38,113 nt of DNA from an uncultured Dictyoglomota bacterium (lineage in GTDB: Bacteria; Dictyoglomota; Dictyoglomia; Dictyoglomales; Dictyoglomaceae): NCBI GenBank assembly GCA_964654465.1, contig CAZZIO010000024.1:1-38113 (forward strand). The letters are read 5' to 3'. Position 1 is the stretch's first letter. Every line of letters starts with the position of its first letter. The translations under genes and the position numbers were made by a program. Below, in pieces: positions 27,079-36,874 of the stretch. The notes beneath the pieces were generated by a model that made no database searches, had not been told where the DNA came from, and saw nothing but the letters and a program-made list of their open reading frames with translations.

Positions 27079-28540
27079 TGATGAACCCATTATAAGAAGT
27101 GGCTTGAAAAAAGTTATAAATTGGGAAAATCATGGATTGAGGATTGTGGGAGATGCTGATAATGGGGAAGAAGCTTTGGATAAAATTATAAGGCTTAATC
27201 CTGATCTTTGCATTGTGGATATAAAGATGCCAAAAATGGATGGATTGGAATTAATAAAAAAAGTTAAAGAGATTGGTATGAGAATAAAATTTATAATTCT
27301 TACAGGTTATCCTGAATTTGAATATGCAAAAAAGGCTATAGATTTAGGTGTAGAGAGTTATCTTTTAAAACCTATAGATCCAGAAATTCTTAAAGAAAAG
27401 GTTATGCAAATTGTAGAACAGATAAAGAGTGATAAATTATTATATGAGTTATCCCGAGATAAACTTTTAGAAAAACTAATAAAGGGAGAATTGAAAAACG
27501 TTAAAGAAGAAGATCTTAATAGAATTTATAATTTCAATTTTCCATGGGATTCTTATGAAATAGTATTAACTGATGATTTGAATATTGAGGGTAAAAAAAA
27601 TCATAATATTGATAGCATAATTCAAACTTACACTTTTATGGGAAATTCTTTGTGTTTTCTTATTGCTGATATAAAGAATCCTTACTTTAGAAGGAAGTTA
27701 ATGGATGTAAAAAGGCAATTCAAAAAATTATTTGGATTTAATATATCATTCTTTGTAGGGGAAAAAGTTTTCAAACTTAGTGACTTACCCATATCTTATA
27801 ACACTGCTTTAAAATTGAAGAACAAGAAGTTTCTCTTTAATCAAAAGGAAATAATAACCTATCCTAAGGAGGCTAAATTTGGTGATTTTCAAAATACCGA
27901 TGATTCAAAAATAATTTGTGAGATTATAAAAGCTATAGAGTTTGGAAATCTTAATAACATTCATCTTTTTCTTGAGATAAAGATGAATAATCATACTGTA
28001 AGAGAGGATGATGAGGAAGAAATAAAATCAAGTTATCTTAATCTATTTATAAATATAATAAATTATTTCTCTTCTAATTATCCTTTCTTTAAGGAGATAT
28101 CTAATAAATATTTAGATAAAAGAATAATATGCGAATTTTATAAAAAGCGATCCCTTATAGACCTTCACAATTTTGTAAAGGAGATGGTATTAAACGTGTT
28201 AAGAGATTTTTCAGAAAAAACAGGCAATAATGTACTTTCTCAGATAATAGAATATATAAATGCTAATTATTATAAAGATATTAAGTTAAAGGATTTGGCA
28301 AAACAATTTGGATATAACAGTAGTTATTTTGGAAAGATATTTAGGAAATATACAGGTGAAAAATTTAATACCTATATTGATAGAATAAGGATAAATAAAG
28401 CTAAGGAATTACTTTTGAAAGGTGAGAAGGTAGTAGATGTAGCAGAAAAGGTAGGTTATAAGGATCTGGATTACTTCGTTTTTAAATTTAAAAAATATAC
28501 AGGAAAAACACCTCAAGCATTTAAGGAAAATATCTCTTAA
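27056..28540 (+). CDS. YesN-like response regulator (REC + AraC HTH)
   Basis: MYKVLIVDDE, DIKMPKMDG, YLLKP; C-terminal YFGKIFRKYTG...VAEKVGY...FKKYTGKTP. Confidence 0.92.
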   Translation: MYKVLIVDDEPIIRSGLKKVINWENHGLRIVGDADNGEEALDKIIRLNPDLCIVDIKMPKMDGLELIKKVKEIGMRIKFIILTGYPEFEYAKKAIDLGVESYLLKPIDPEILKEKVMQIVEQIKSDKLLYELSRDKLLEKLIKGELKNVKEEDLNRIYNFNFPWDSYEIVLTDDLNIEGKKNHNIDSIIQTYTFMGNSLCFLIADIKNPYFRRKLMDVKRQFKKLFGFNISFFVGEKVFKLSDLPISYNTALKLKNKKFLFNQKEIITYPKEAKFGDFQNTDDSKIICEIIKAIEFGNLNNIHLFLEIKMNNHTVREDDEEEIKSSYLNLFINIINYFSSNYPFFKEISNKYLDKRIICEFYKKRSLIDLHNFVKEMVLNVLRDFSEKTGNNVLSQIIEYINANYYKDIKLKDLAKQFGYNSSYFGKIFRKYTGEKFNTYIDRIRINKAKELLLKGEKVVDVAEKVGYKDLDYFVFKFKKYTGKTPQAFKENIS

Positions 28541-28672
28541 AAAACACATTTCCGTATAGCTTTCCAATTAGTTAAGTTTTGGCATACTTTTAATATAAAA
28601 TTAATAATTTTAGTTTCATTGAAAAAAGTATTAAATTAGTTTTTTAATTATATCAGGAAAGGAGATGTTGAA

Positions 28673-28939
28673 ATGAAAGTAAAAGAGTTAATATTGAAGA
28701 ATAAATCAGGTTTGCATGCTCGTCCCGCAGCTGTTTTTGTTCAGACAGCAAGCAAATTTAAGAGTAAAATAATAATAAAAGCTAATAACAAAGAAGCAGA
28801 TGCAAAAAGTATATTAAAAGTACTTTCTTTAGGGGCTAATCAGGGGACAAAACTTATATTAGAAGTTGAGGGGGAGGACGAGGAAGAAGCTCTTAAAACC
28901 CTTTCAGAGCTTATAGAGTTGGGTTTAGGGGAGGATTAA
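28673..28939 (+). CDS. ptsH: PTS phosphocarrier HPr
   Basis: GLHARPAA (His15), ADAKSIL (Ser46). Confidence 0.95.
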   Translation: MKVKELILKNKSGLHARPAAVFVQTASKFKSKIIIKANNKEADAKSILKVLSLGANQGTKLILEVEGEDEEEALKTLSELIELGLGED

Positions 28940-30690
28940 TGGGTAAACGGGATAGAAAAGAGAAAATTTTAAATGTTATTTTAGAGGCTTCTCATCCTAT
29001 AAAGATAGAAGATATAGCGGAGAAGACAGGCTATAGTTTATCTACTGTTAGAAGGGAATTAAGAAGTCTTGAAGAGTTTTTGTTTGCCCATGGAATTGAA
29101 GTTAAGCATATCCCATATAAAGGTGTTCATATTACAAATCTTGAAAAGGACTCACATCTTTATATTATGTCTTTATTATCCCAAAATGAACAGATAACTA
29201 ACAAAGAAAGGCATAAATTGATGATTCTTGACCTGCTATTATCAACAGAAAAAATAACATTAGAAAATTGGGAAGAAAAATTCAATATGAGCCATCCTAC
29301 AATTGTAAAAGATTTTCAATTAGTAAAGAAATGGATGATTAATCACAAACTAAATATAATAGCTAAGCCTCATTATGGAATTAGATTGATAGGTGAAGAG
29401 AAGTATATTAGACAGGCAATCTTGGATTTAATCTTGGAGAGTTTATCGGAAGAAGAAAAAGGTAAGTTGTTAAATGAGGTACTTTTAAATTATAGAGTAA
29501 ATTTACCTTGGATTGATATTTTTAATGACTCCTTTTTTGGAATTATTAAGTTTTTAAATGAAATAGAGAATGTATGGGATGTAAAATTTACTGATGATAG
29601 TTTTCTTCATTTATTGTTAATCATTGGGATTTCTATAAGTAGATTGAAAAAAGGATATAGATTGGAGGACTTTTATACGAATTATTATGATTTAAATCCT
29701 CCTTTTGATATTTTAGAAAGTTTTTATGATTTAAATTTAGATGATAGGGAAAAAAGATTTATAAACCTATACTTACTTTCTTCTGAATTAGAATCTGGTA
29801 AGAGTTTTCTTAAAGAAGATAAGGATTTAAGAAGTATTTTAGAAAAGGAGATCTTTAATTCTTATTCTTTTAAGAGTAATATCTTTAAAGTTTTTTTGAG
29901 TCATATACAGACTGCTATCTTCAAGATAAAGAATAATATAAACATATATAACAATATGTTAGAAAAAATAAAGAAAAACTATCCAATTATATACTATATT
30001 TCATGCGAATTATCAAAAACTCTTGAAAAAAGATTTGATATAAAGATTCCAGAAGAAGAAAAAGGATATATAACATTATATTTGTTAAGACTGTTCGAAA
30101 AAATGGCTAAGAAGAAAAAGATTATTGTAATATGTCCTTCTGGAGTATTAACAGCGAATCTTTTAGCAGAGAAAATAAAAAAAATATTTGAAGATGTTGA
30201 AGTTGTAAAGATAACATCAATAAGAGACTTACCTCGAAATCCCTCTAAAGGATTTATATATGTTAGTACTATTCCACTTTCTAATTTTGGATCACCCTAT
30301 TTTCAAATTTCACCATTATTCTCTAAGGATGAAGAGGAAAAGTTCAAAAATTACATTTATAACTTTTATAAAGAAAATGTTTATGTAGAGATTATGGAAG
30401 TAAAAGATGAAAATGAGATTTTACAATACATACCTAAGGACTCTACTATTATTGCCATAAAGGAGAAACTATATTGGATCTACTCTAAGGAAGAACCAAA
30501 AGAAGAAAAGTTTATTTTGTTCTGTAACCCCAACAATAAATCCTATTATATGTATATCCATCTTTTTGATTATTTTAAGACTATATGGTTATCTCAAAAG
30601 ATAGCTACAAGTATATCTCTGAGAAATTTAAATAGGATCAGTGAGGATTATTTACTCAAATTGCTATATTCCTTGGAAAGGGGAATTTAA
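28939..30690 (+). CDS. PRD-domain (MtlR/ManR/LicR-type) transcription regulator
   Basis: Two N-terminal HTH/Mga-like segments, two PRD-like segments, EIIB-like IIVICPSG. Confidence 0.82.
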   Translation: MGKRDRKEKILNVILEASHPIKIEDIAEKTGYSLSTVRRELRSLEEFLFAHGIEVKHIPYKGVHITNLEKDSHLYIMSLLSQNEQITNKERHKLMILDLLLSTEKITLENWEEKFNMSHPTIVKDFQLVKKWMINHKLNIIAKPHYGIRLIGEEKYIRQAILDLILESLSEEEKGKLLNEVLLNYRVNLPWIDIFNDSFFGIIKFLNEIENVWDVKFTDDSFLHLLLIIGISISRLKKGYRLEDFYTNYYDLNPPFDILESFYDLNLDDREKRFINLYLLSSELESGKSFLKEDKDLRSILEKEIFNSYSFKSNIFKVFLSHIQTAIFKIKNNINIYNNMLEKIKKNYPIIYYISCELSKTLEKRFDIKIPEEEKGYITLYLLRLFEKMAKKKKIIVICPSGVLTANLLAEKIKKIFEDVEVVKITSIRDLPRNPSKGFIYVSTIPLSNFGSPYFQISPLFSKDEEEKFKNYIYNFYKENVYVEIMEVKDENEILQYIPKDSTIIAIKEKLYWIYSKEEPKEEKFILFCNPNNKSYYMYIHLFDYFKTIWLSQKIATSISLRNLNRISEDYLLKLLYSLERGI

Positions 30691-30691
30691 T

Positions 30692-32362
30692 ATGAAGATA
30701 ATAAAGGGTATTTCTGGATCTCCTGGAGTTACTATAGGTAAGGTTTTTCTTTGGATTAAGAAAGAAAAAGATCTAAATTATAAAGGAGATGAGGCAAAAA
30801 AGATTTGGAGAGAAGCAAAGGAAGCTCTTAAAGAGGAATTAAATAATAGATTATTGGATTTGTCTGAGACAGAAAGAGATCTTGTAAACTTTTATTTATT
30901 ACTTTTAGATGATCCTACTTTTGAAGAATTTCTCTTTGAAAAAATAGATGAAGGTTTAGATTTTAAAACTGCAGTTGAAATAACCACTGAAAGGTTTAAA
31001 AAAGAATTTTTAAATTTAGATGTTTATTTTAAAATGAGGGCCCAAGATATAGAAGCTCTTAAGGAAGAAATATTTAGGGTAGTTGTTGGAGAGAGCTATC
31101 CAAGCTTAGAAGAACCTTCCATATTGGTATCAAAAGAAGTAACACCTTGGCAATTAATTAATATTCCAAAAGATAAATTATTGGGTATTGTTAGTGAGAA
31201 AGGAGGAGTGCTTTCACACCTTTCCATAATAGCAAGGAATTTAAATTTGCCCCTTTTAATAGGTGCTAATGTTTTAGAGATTAAGGGGGGAGAACTGGCT
31301 ATTTTAGATGGTGAAAAGGGAATTTTGATATTAGATCCTTCTTCTCAGGAAGTTGAAAAGTATCAGAGATTATACGAACGTTATAAGATACTTCAAAAGA
31401 AAGCAATAGAGTTCAAAAACTACGTACCTAAGAAAGAGAATGGAGAAAAATTCTTTATCTCAGGAAATATTGGTAATTTGGAAGATGCCTTTTTAGCTTT
31501 AGAGCAAGGAGCAATGGGAATAGGCCTTTTTAGAACTGAATTTTTATTCTTGGAGAGGAATGATCCCCCATCTGAAGAAGAACAGTACGAAATTTATAAA
31601 AAAGTTGGAGATCTATTTTTAAATTATCCTGTTATTATAAGGACCTTAGACATTGGTGGAGATAAAAATGTACCCTATATACAGTTTGAGAGAGAAGAAA
31701 ATCCATTTTTGGGGCTTAGAGGAATTAGGTGGTCATTATATGAAAAAGTACTTTTTAAAACTCAATTAAAGGCGATTTTGAGGGCAAGCATTGGAAATAA
31801 TATTCATATGATGTTTCCTATGGTAGATTTGGTAGAGGAGGTAATAGAGGCAAAAAAACTTGTGAAAGAAGCAGTAGAGGAGCTGGAAAAGGAAGGTAAA
31901 GAATATAAAATTCCCCCTATTGGTATAATGTTGGAGACACCTATATCTATTTTAAACATAAATAGATTTGCAGATTTTGTAGACTTTTTTAGTTTAGGTA
32001 CAAATGATCTTTTTCAATATACTTTTGCTGTAGATAGAACTAACGAAAAAGTCTCCTATTTGTATAGGCCATATCATCCTGCTTTTTGGGATTTAATTAA
32101 GGAAGCAATAGATTCTGCTCATAAAATTGGTAAGTGGATTGGTATTTGTGGAGAATTAGGTGGGGATTTAAGGGCCTTCTTACTTTTATATTCTCTTGGT
32201 ATTGATGAGGTGAGTGTAGCCCCATTGAGGATTCCAATTTTAAAGTTATTGAGTTCTAAAATAGCCAAGGTTGATGTTTCTTTTGATTCATTACAAGAAG
32301 ATGAACTTTTAGAAGTATTAGATAAGCATTATCAAAAAATCATGGAAGAAATAGGAAGTTAA
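30692..32362 (+). CDS. ptsI: PTS enzyme I
   Basis: GGVLSHLSIIAR (phospho-His), GIGLFRTEF, RTLDIGGDK, NPFLGLRGIR, GTNDL, GICGE. ATG 30692 follows GAAAGGGG. Confidence 0.95.
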   Translation: MKIIKGISGSPGVTIGKVFLWIKKEKDLNYKGDEAKKIWREAKEALKEELNNRLLDLSETERDLVNFYLLLLDDPTFEEFLFEKIDEGLDFKTAVEITTERFKKEFLNLDVYFKMRAQDIEALKEEIFRVVVGESYPSLEEPSILVSKEVTPWQLINIPKDKLLGIVSEKGGVLSHLSIIARNLNLPLLIGANVLEIKGGELAILDGEKGILILDPSSQEVEKYQRLYERYKILQKKAIEFKNYVPKKENGEKFFISGNIGNLEDAFLALEQGAMGIGLFRTEFLFLERNDPPSEEEQYEIYKKVGDLFLNYPVIIRTLDIGGDKNVPYIQFEREENPFLGLRGIRWSLYEKVLFKTQLKAILRASIGNNIHMMFPMVDLVEEVIEAKKLVKEAVEELEKEGKEYKIPPIGIMLETPISILNINRFADFVDFFSLGTNDLFQYTFAVDRTNEKVSYLYRPYHPAFWDLIKEAIDSAHKIGKWIGICGELGGDLRAFLLLYSLGIDEVSVAPLRIPILKLLSSKIAKVDVSFDSLQEDELLEVLDKHYQKIMEEIGS

Positions 32363-32462
32363 TAGTTAATTTTTGAAAGAATTTTAATTCTTTAATATTA
32401 TTTTAACTTTCTTGAATAAAGTTGATGTATCTTTGATAATATTCAAAAACGAGGTGGTGAAA

Positions 32463-32927
32463 ATGTTAAATTTCTTAGAGGCTATAGGAAATAGAATAGA
32501 GATTTTAGATAGGGTTGATACATGGGAAGAGGCGGTAAGAATAGGTGGGAAACTTTTAGAGAAGGATGGTATTGTGGAACCTAATTATATAGATAAAATG
32601 ATTGAGGTATGTAAAGAATTGGGGCCTTATGTGGTTATTGCTCCAAGAGTAGCAATCCCCCATGCTCGTCCCGAAGATGGGGCAAAATCCTTTGGGGTTT
32701 CTTTATTAGTAATAAGGAATGGAATAAATTTTGGATCTTATAATGATCCTGTTTATCTTGTAATTTCTTTTGCAACTCCTGATAAAGAATCTCATCTTGA
32801 ATTTTTACAAGAGTTGGCAGAAATTCTTCAAGATTCGGAAAAATTAGCAGAACAGTTTATAAGTTTTAAAGATAAAGAGGAAATTAAAGATTACATTAAA
32901 AAGTTCTTTTCTAAAGTTAATACATAA
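32463..32927 (+). CDS. PTS EIIA component (UlaC-like, EIIA type 2)
   Basis: WEEAV...LGPYVVIAPRVAIPHARPEDG; start chosen from the GAGGTG SD. Confidence 0.9.
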   Translation: MLNFLEAIGNRIEILDRVDTWEEAVRIGGKLLEKDGIVEPNYIDKMIEVCKELGPYVVIAPRVAIPHARPEDGAKSFGVSLLVIRNGINFGSYNDPVYLVISFATPDKESHLEFLQELAEILQDSEKLAEQFISFKDKEEIKDYIKKFFSKVNT

Positions 32928-32941
32928 AAGGGGTGTTACAA

Positions 32942-33232
32942 ATGGTGAACAAGAGACTTAAGATTGTTGCTGTTTGTGGAATGGGTTTAGGTAGCTCCTT
33001 AATATTAAAAATGAATATAGAAAAGGTAGTAAAGGATCTTAATTTGGAAGCAGATGTTTCAACAACAGATATATCTACTGCAAAGGCAGTATTAGGAGAT
33101 GCAGATATTGTTATTACTTCTCCAGAATTAGCTCCACAACTTGGGGAGTTAAAAGCCAAAGTTGTTACAATTAAAAATTTTGTTAATTTTCAAGAGATGA
33201 AAGAAACCTTGGAGAAAACCTTAAAAGATTAA
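32942..33232 (+). CDS. PTS EIIB component (UlaB-like)
   Basis: AVCGMGLGSSL phospho-Cys loop. Confidence 0.9.
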   Translation: MVNKRLKIVAVCGMGLGSSLILKMNIEKVVKDLNLEADVSTTDISTAKAVLGDADIVITSPELAPQLGELKAKVVTIKNFVNFQEMKETLEKTLKD

Positions 33233-33254
33233 AAATATATGGGGAGGTGCCAAT

Positions 33255-34520
33255 ATGTGGATTCTTAAGTTTATCCAAGATATCCTAAGTGTACCTGCAA
33301 TTTTGGTGGGTGTTGTGTCTTTTGTAGGTTTGGTAGTTCAGAAAAAGACATTTTCAGAAGTGATAAGTGGAAGCATAAAAACTGTATTAGGATTTTTGAT
33401 CTTAGTAGCTGGTGCCGTAACTTTGATTGGTTCTTTGAATGCATTGGGTCCAATGTTGGAAACAGGATTTGGAATAAAAGGGGTTGTTCCTAATAATGAG
33501 GCTATAGTTGCTATTGCCCAAAAAACCTTAGGTAGAGAAACTGCTTTAATAATGGTATTTGGTTTCCTTGTAAATATACTGCTTGCCCGTTTTACACCAT
33601 TTAAGTTCATATGGTTAACAGGACATCATAGCTTTTATATGGCTGCTTTAATTTCTGCAACCCTTGGAACAGCAGGTCTTACTGGAGCGGGACTTGTGAT
33701 ATTAGGGGCAATAATTTTAGGATTAATGCAAGTTTTGATGCCAGCATGGATACATCCTTATATGAGGAAGGTAACAGGTTCTGATGATATTGCTTTAGGT
33801 CACTTTGGTACTTTAGGATATTTTGTTTCAGGTGCTATTGGAAGTCTGGTTGGAAAGCCTGAAGATAGTACTGAAAATATATCCTTCCCAAAGACTTTAG
33901 GCTTTTTGAGAGAATCTTTAGTAGCAACAGGTATAACTATGATTATAGTATTTTTAATTGCAAGTATTGCAGCAGGTCCTTCCTTTATAGAATCTAAATT
34001 GAGTGGAGGTCAGAACTTTTTAGTATATGCAGTTGTACAAGCTTTAACTTTTGCTGCAGGAGTGGGTGTTGTAATTTATGGTGTTAGAATGATAATATCA
34101 GAAATTATACCAGCATTTAAAGGAATTTCTGATAAGATTGTACCTGAAGCAAAACCTGCATTAGACTGTCCTGTAACATTCCCTTATGCTCCTAATGCTG
34201 TAATAATTGGTTTCATATTTAGTTTCTTAGGTGGAATTGTTTCTATGCTTCTTATGCCTTTGTTGGGTTTACCAGTTATCATTCCAGGTTTGGTGCCTCA
34301 TTTCTTCGTAGGAGGTACTGCTGGAGTAATTGGCAATGCGACAGGAGGTAAAAAAGGAGCTATTTTGGGATCCTTTGTAAATGGTATTATTATTAGCTTT
34401 GGTGCAGCATTGTTACTACCAGCTCTCGGAACACTTGGATTTGAAAATACTACTTTTGGTGATTCTGATTTCCAATGGTTAGGAATATTGATAAGTTTAA
34501 TAGCTAAGTTATTTAAATAA
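33255..34520 (+). CDS. ulaA: PTS EIIC component, ascorbate (UlaA/SgaT) family
   Basis: GVVPNNEA, LTGHH, ALGHFG, PAFKGIS, PALDCP, HFF.GG, TTFGDSDF. Confidence 0.88.
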   Translation: MWILKFIQDILSVPAILVGVVSFVGLVVQKKTFSEVISGSIKTVLGFLILVAGAVTLIGSLNALGPMLETGFGIKGVVPNNEAIVAIAQKTLGRETALIMVFGFLVNILLARFTPFKFIWLTGHHSFYMAALISATLGTAGLTGAGLVILGAIILGLMQVLMPAWIHPYMRKVTGSDDIALGHFGTLGYFVSGAIGSLVGKPEDSTENISFPKTLGFLRESLVATGITMIIVFLIASIAAGPSFIESKLSGGQNFLVYAVVQALTFAAGVGVVIYGVRMIISEIIPAFKGISDKIVPEAKPALDCPVTFPYAPNAVIIGFIFSFLGGIVSMLLMPLLGLPVIIPGLVPHFFVGGTAGVIGNATGGKKGAILGSFVNGIIISFGAALLLPALGTLGFENTTFGDSDFQWLGILISLIAKLFK

Positions 34521-34564
34521 TATAAATCAATCAATTTAGGTATATAATAGAATAGATTGAATTT

Positions 34565-34600
34565 AAAACCCCCTGTTCTTGCAATAAGACAGGGGGTTTT
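34565..34600 (+). terminator. Strong hairpin/terminator after the EIIC gene
   Basis: AAAACCCCCTGTtCTT-gcaat-AAGACAGGGGGTTTT. Confidence 0.75.
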
Positions 34601-34618
34601 ATTAGGAGGTTAAATAAG

Positions 34619-35581
34619 ATGAAGACAAAGAGGGCTTTTTTAATTGAGCCAAGAAAATTCGAGATTGATTACGTAGATGTGGAGCCAAAGAGAAATGAGG
34701 TATTGGTAAAAGTTGTCTCTTGTGGCCTTTGTAATTGGGAACTTAATCATTGGCATGGAAGACTCGGAACTTTTCCACAATCATTGGGGCACGAATGGGC
34801 AGGAATTGTGGTGGATGTTGGCCCTGATGTAAAAAATTTAAAGCCAGGAGATAAAGTAACCGCATTACCGGATGATCTTAGTGGTTTTTCACAATACACA
34901 GTAGTAAGTGAAAAAAATTGTATTAAGCTTCCTGATAATATAGATATTAAATATGCTCTTGGGGAACCACTAAAGTGTATTATTACCGTATTAAGGGCAG
35001 CTCGACCTGAGGTTGGAGATTATGGGATTGTTGTAGGATGTGGTTTTATGGGATTGTTGTGTATTCAAGCATTAAAAGGAAATACATTATCAGAACTTAT
35101 TGCTATTGATATTGACAAAAAGAAATTAGATATGGCCTTAGAGTTTGGTGCTACAAAGATAATTAATGCAAGAAAAGAAAATGTTGTAGAGAAAATACAA
35201 GATATAACGAAGGGACATATGGCCGATTTTGTAATAGAAGGTACTGGAAATCCAAATGTATTAAATATTTGTCAAAGATATTTGAAGACAGGGAGAGGAA
35301 GATTGATTCTAATGAGTTCTCATGAAACTGAGTGCGATAAATTTGATTTTAGAGAGGCAATAAAAAGGTCCATAGAGATAATAGTAGCTCATCCTTCTTA
35401 TTCTTTAGATCCATATGATGATTTAAGAAGGGCTGTAAATCTTTTAGAGAAGGGAACCTTTAATATAGAAAGATTGGTGACACATGAATTTTCTCTTGAT
35501 AGTATTCAAGAGGCTTTTGAAGCCTTAGAGAATAAACCTAAAGGGTATATTAAAGGCTTAGTAGTAATAAATGAGGTTTAA
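34619..35581 (+). CDS. Zn-dependent medium-chain (sugar/polyol-type) dehydrogenase
   Basis: CGLC, GHEWAG, EPL, GCGFMG Rossmann motif with DID; lacks the four-Cys structural zinc loop. Confidence 0.88.
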   Translation: MKTKRAFLIEPRKFEIDYVDVEPKRNEVLVKVVSCGLCNWELNHWHGRLGTFPQSLGHEWAGIVVDVGPDVKNLKPGDKVTALPDDLSGFSQYTVVSEKNCIKLPDNIDIKYALGEPLKCIITVLRAARPEVGDYGIVVGCGFMGLLCIQALKGNTLSELIAIDIDKKKLDMALEFGATKIINARKENVVEKIQDITKGHMADFVIEGTGNPNVLNICQRYLKTGRGRLILMSSHETECDKFDFREAIKRSIEIIVAHPSYSLDPYDDLRRAVNLLEKGTFNIERLVTHEFSLDSIQEAFEALENKPKGYIKGLVVINEV

Positions 35582-35590
35582 TAAGGGAAG

Positions 35591-35625
35591 ATACCCTCTA
35601 TCCCAGAATATGGAACAGAGGGCAT
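35591..35625 (-). terminator. Hairpin at the 3' end of the copA-DUF438 unit
   Basis: Minus strand ATGCCCTCTGTTCCA-tattc-TGGGATAGAGGGTAT pairs fully with G-U wobbles only in this orientation. Confidence 0.6.
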
Positions 35626-35632
35626 ATTAAAA

Positions 35633-36856
35633 TTATTCCCAGTCAAGGAGTCTTTTTTCTCCTTCAATCTTTTTAATATCTGTAATATCTTGTGTAACTT
35701 CTAACGTTCCAAGATAGTTTCCATTTTTATCTCTTACAGCAAAATATCTAATAAGTATTAATCTTCCATTCAAATTTATCCAGAAATCAGCATGATCTTT
35801 TGTGCCTTTCTTAAATTCATTCACAATCTTTTCTACTATATGGACACTTTTTTGAGGATGACATTGTTGTACTTTCCTACCAATCACAGCCTTTGTTCTT
35901 ACGAATATTCTATCTTTTGTCTCGCTGAAATATCTTACTTCATCATTTTTGTCAACAAAAGTTATATCTACAGGAAGGGTGTTTAAGAGTGCTTCTAATT
36001 CTTCTAAGGTAAAACTTCCTGTAGGTAGATTTATCATACCTTCTTTCTTTTCTGATTCCTTTTCCTCGGTTTTTTCTACTGGTGTTAATACAGATGGAGG
36101 AGTGAAACAGCAATATCCAATTTCATCAAATTGTAATCTTATGTCTTTTAATTCATCCTCAGAAAGTACATGAAGGGCCATGGGAAAGAGAATATTGTTT
36201 TCTTTATAAAAGTGGCTTGATAGCATCTCTGAAAGATCTGTAGAAAGAAGTGCTATTTTTCTTATAAATTCTTCAGGTGATATATTTTTAAAAGTGTCCA
36301 TAAGTTTATATATATCTTTCTTTATGGCTCTTATCTTATCATGATCCATCCACATTATGGCAGGTGGTTCTGTTATTCCATGTTTTTCTAAATATGGGAA
36401 AAGTACGTTTTCTTCCCTTAAATAATGTTTCTCTGACTCCTTAAAGTGATTTACTATATCTTGTAATTCGCTTAATTTCTCTTTTCCTTCCTCATAATCT
36501 TTTATGTTTCTCATTTGTTCAATAATGTTCTTTAATTTATCTGCAAATTCTAATAGAGCTTTATGCTCTTCCATAAGAATAGTTATAGGATTTCCTGGAC
36601 CACCTTCGGGTCCTTTTTCTAAGGATTCTTGAAAAACTGCAAGATGTACTTCACAAAGTTTCATTACTTCTTCTCTTGGTAGTCCTTCTTTAATTAATTC
36701 TTCTTCAATTTGGGCTATTTCTGTAGGAGTAACACTACCAAACATCTGTTTAAATTGCCTTTTTAAAACTTCCGGGTCTTCTCCTTTGTGAATTTTTTTA
36801 ATAAGCTCCTTTAATGCTTCTTTTCTACTAATTCTCATTCCAAAAATCTCACTCAT
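35633..36856 (-). CDS. DUF438 + hemerythrin (HHE) + PAS_10 domain protein
   Basis: EIAQIEEELI...LCEVH; EEH, HYLREENVLFP, MWMDHD, HFYKENNILFP; LPVDITFVD...CHPQKS...LEVTQDIT. Confidence 0.85.
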   Translation of the reverse strand: MSEIFGMRISRKEALKELIKKIHKGEDPEVLKRQFKQMFGSVTPTEIAQIEEELIKEGLPREEVMKLCEVHLAVFQESLEKGPEGGPGNPITILMEEHKALLEFADKLKNIIEQMRNIKDYEEGKEKLSELQDIVNHFKESEKHYLREENVLFPYLEKHGITEPPAIMWMDHDKIRAIKKDIYKLMDTFKNISPEEFIRKIALLSTDLSEMLSSHFYKENNILFPMALHVLSEDELKDIRLQFDEIGYCCFTPPSVLTPVEKTEEKESEKKEGMINLPTGSFTLEELEALLNTLPVDITFVDKNDEVRYFSETKDRIFVRTKAVIGRKVQQCHPQKSVHIVEKIVNEFKKGTKDHADFWINLNGRLILIRYFAVRDKNGNYLGTLEVTQDITDIKKIEGEKRLLDWE

Positions 36857-36874
36857 TGGAAAAACCTCCTTCTC

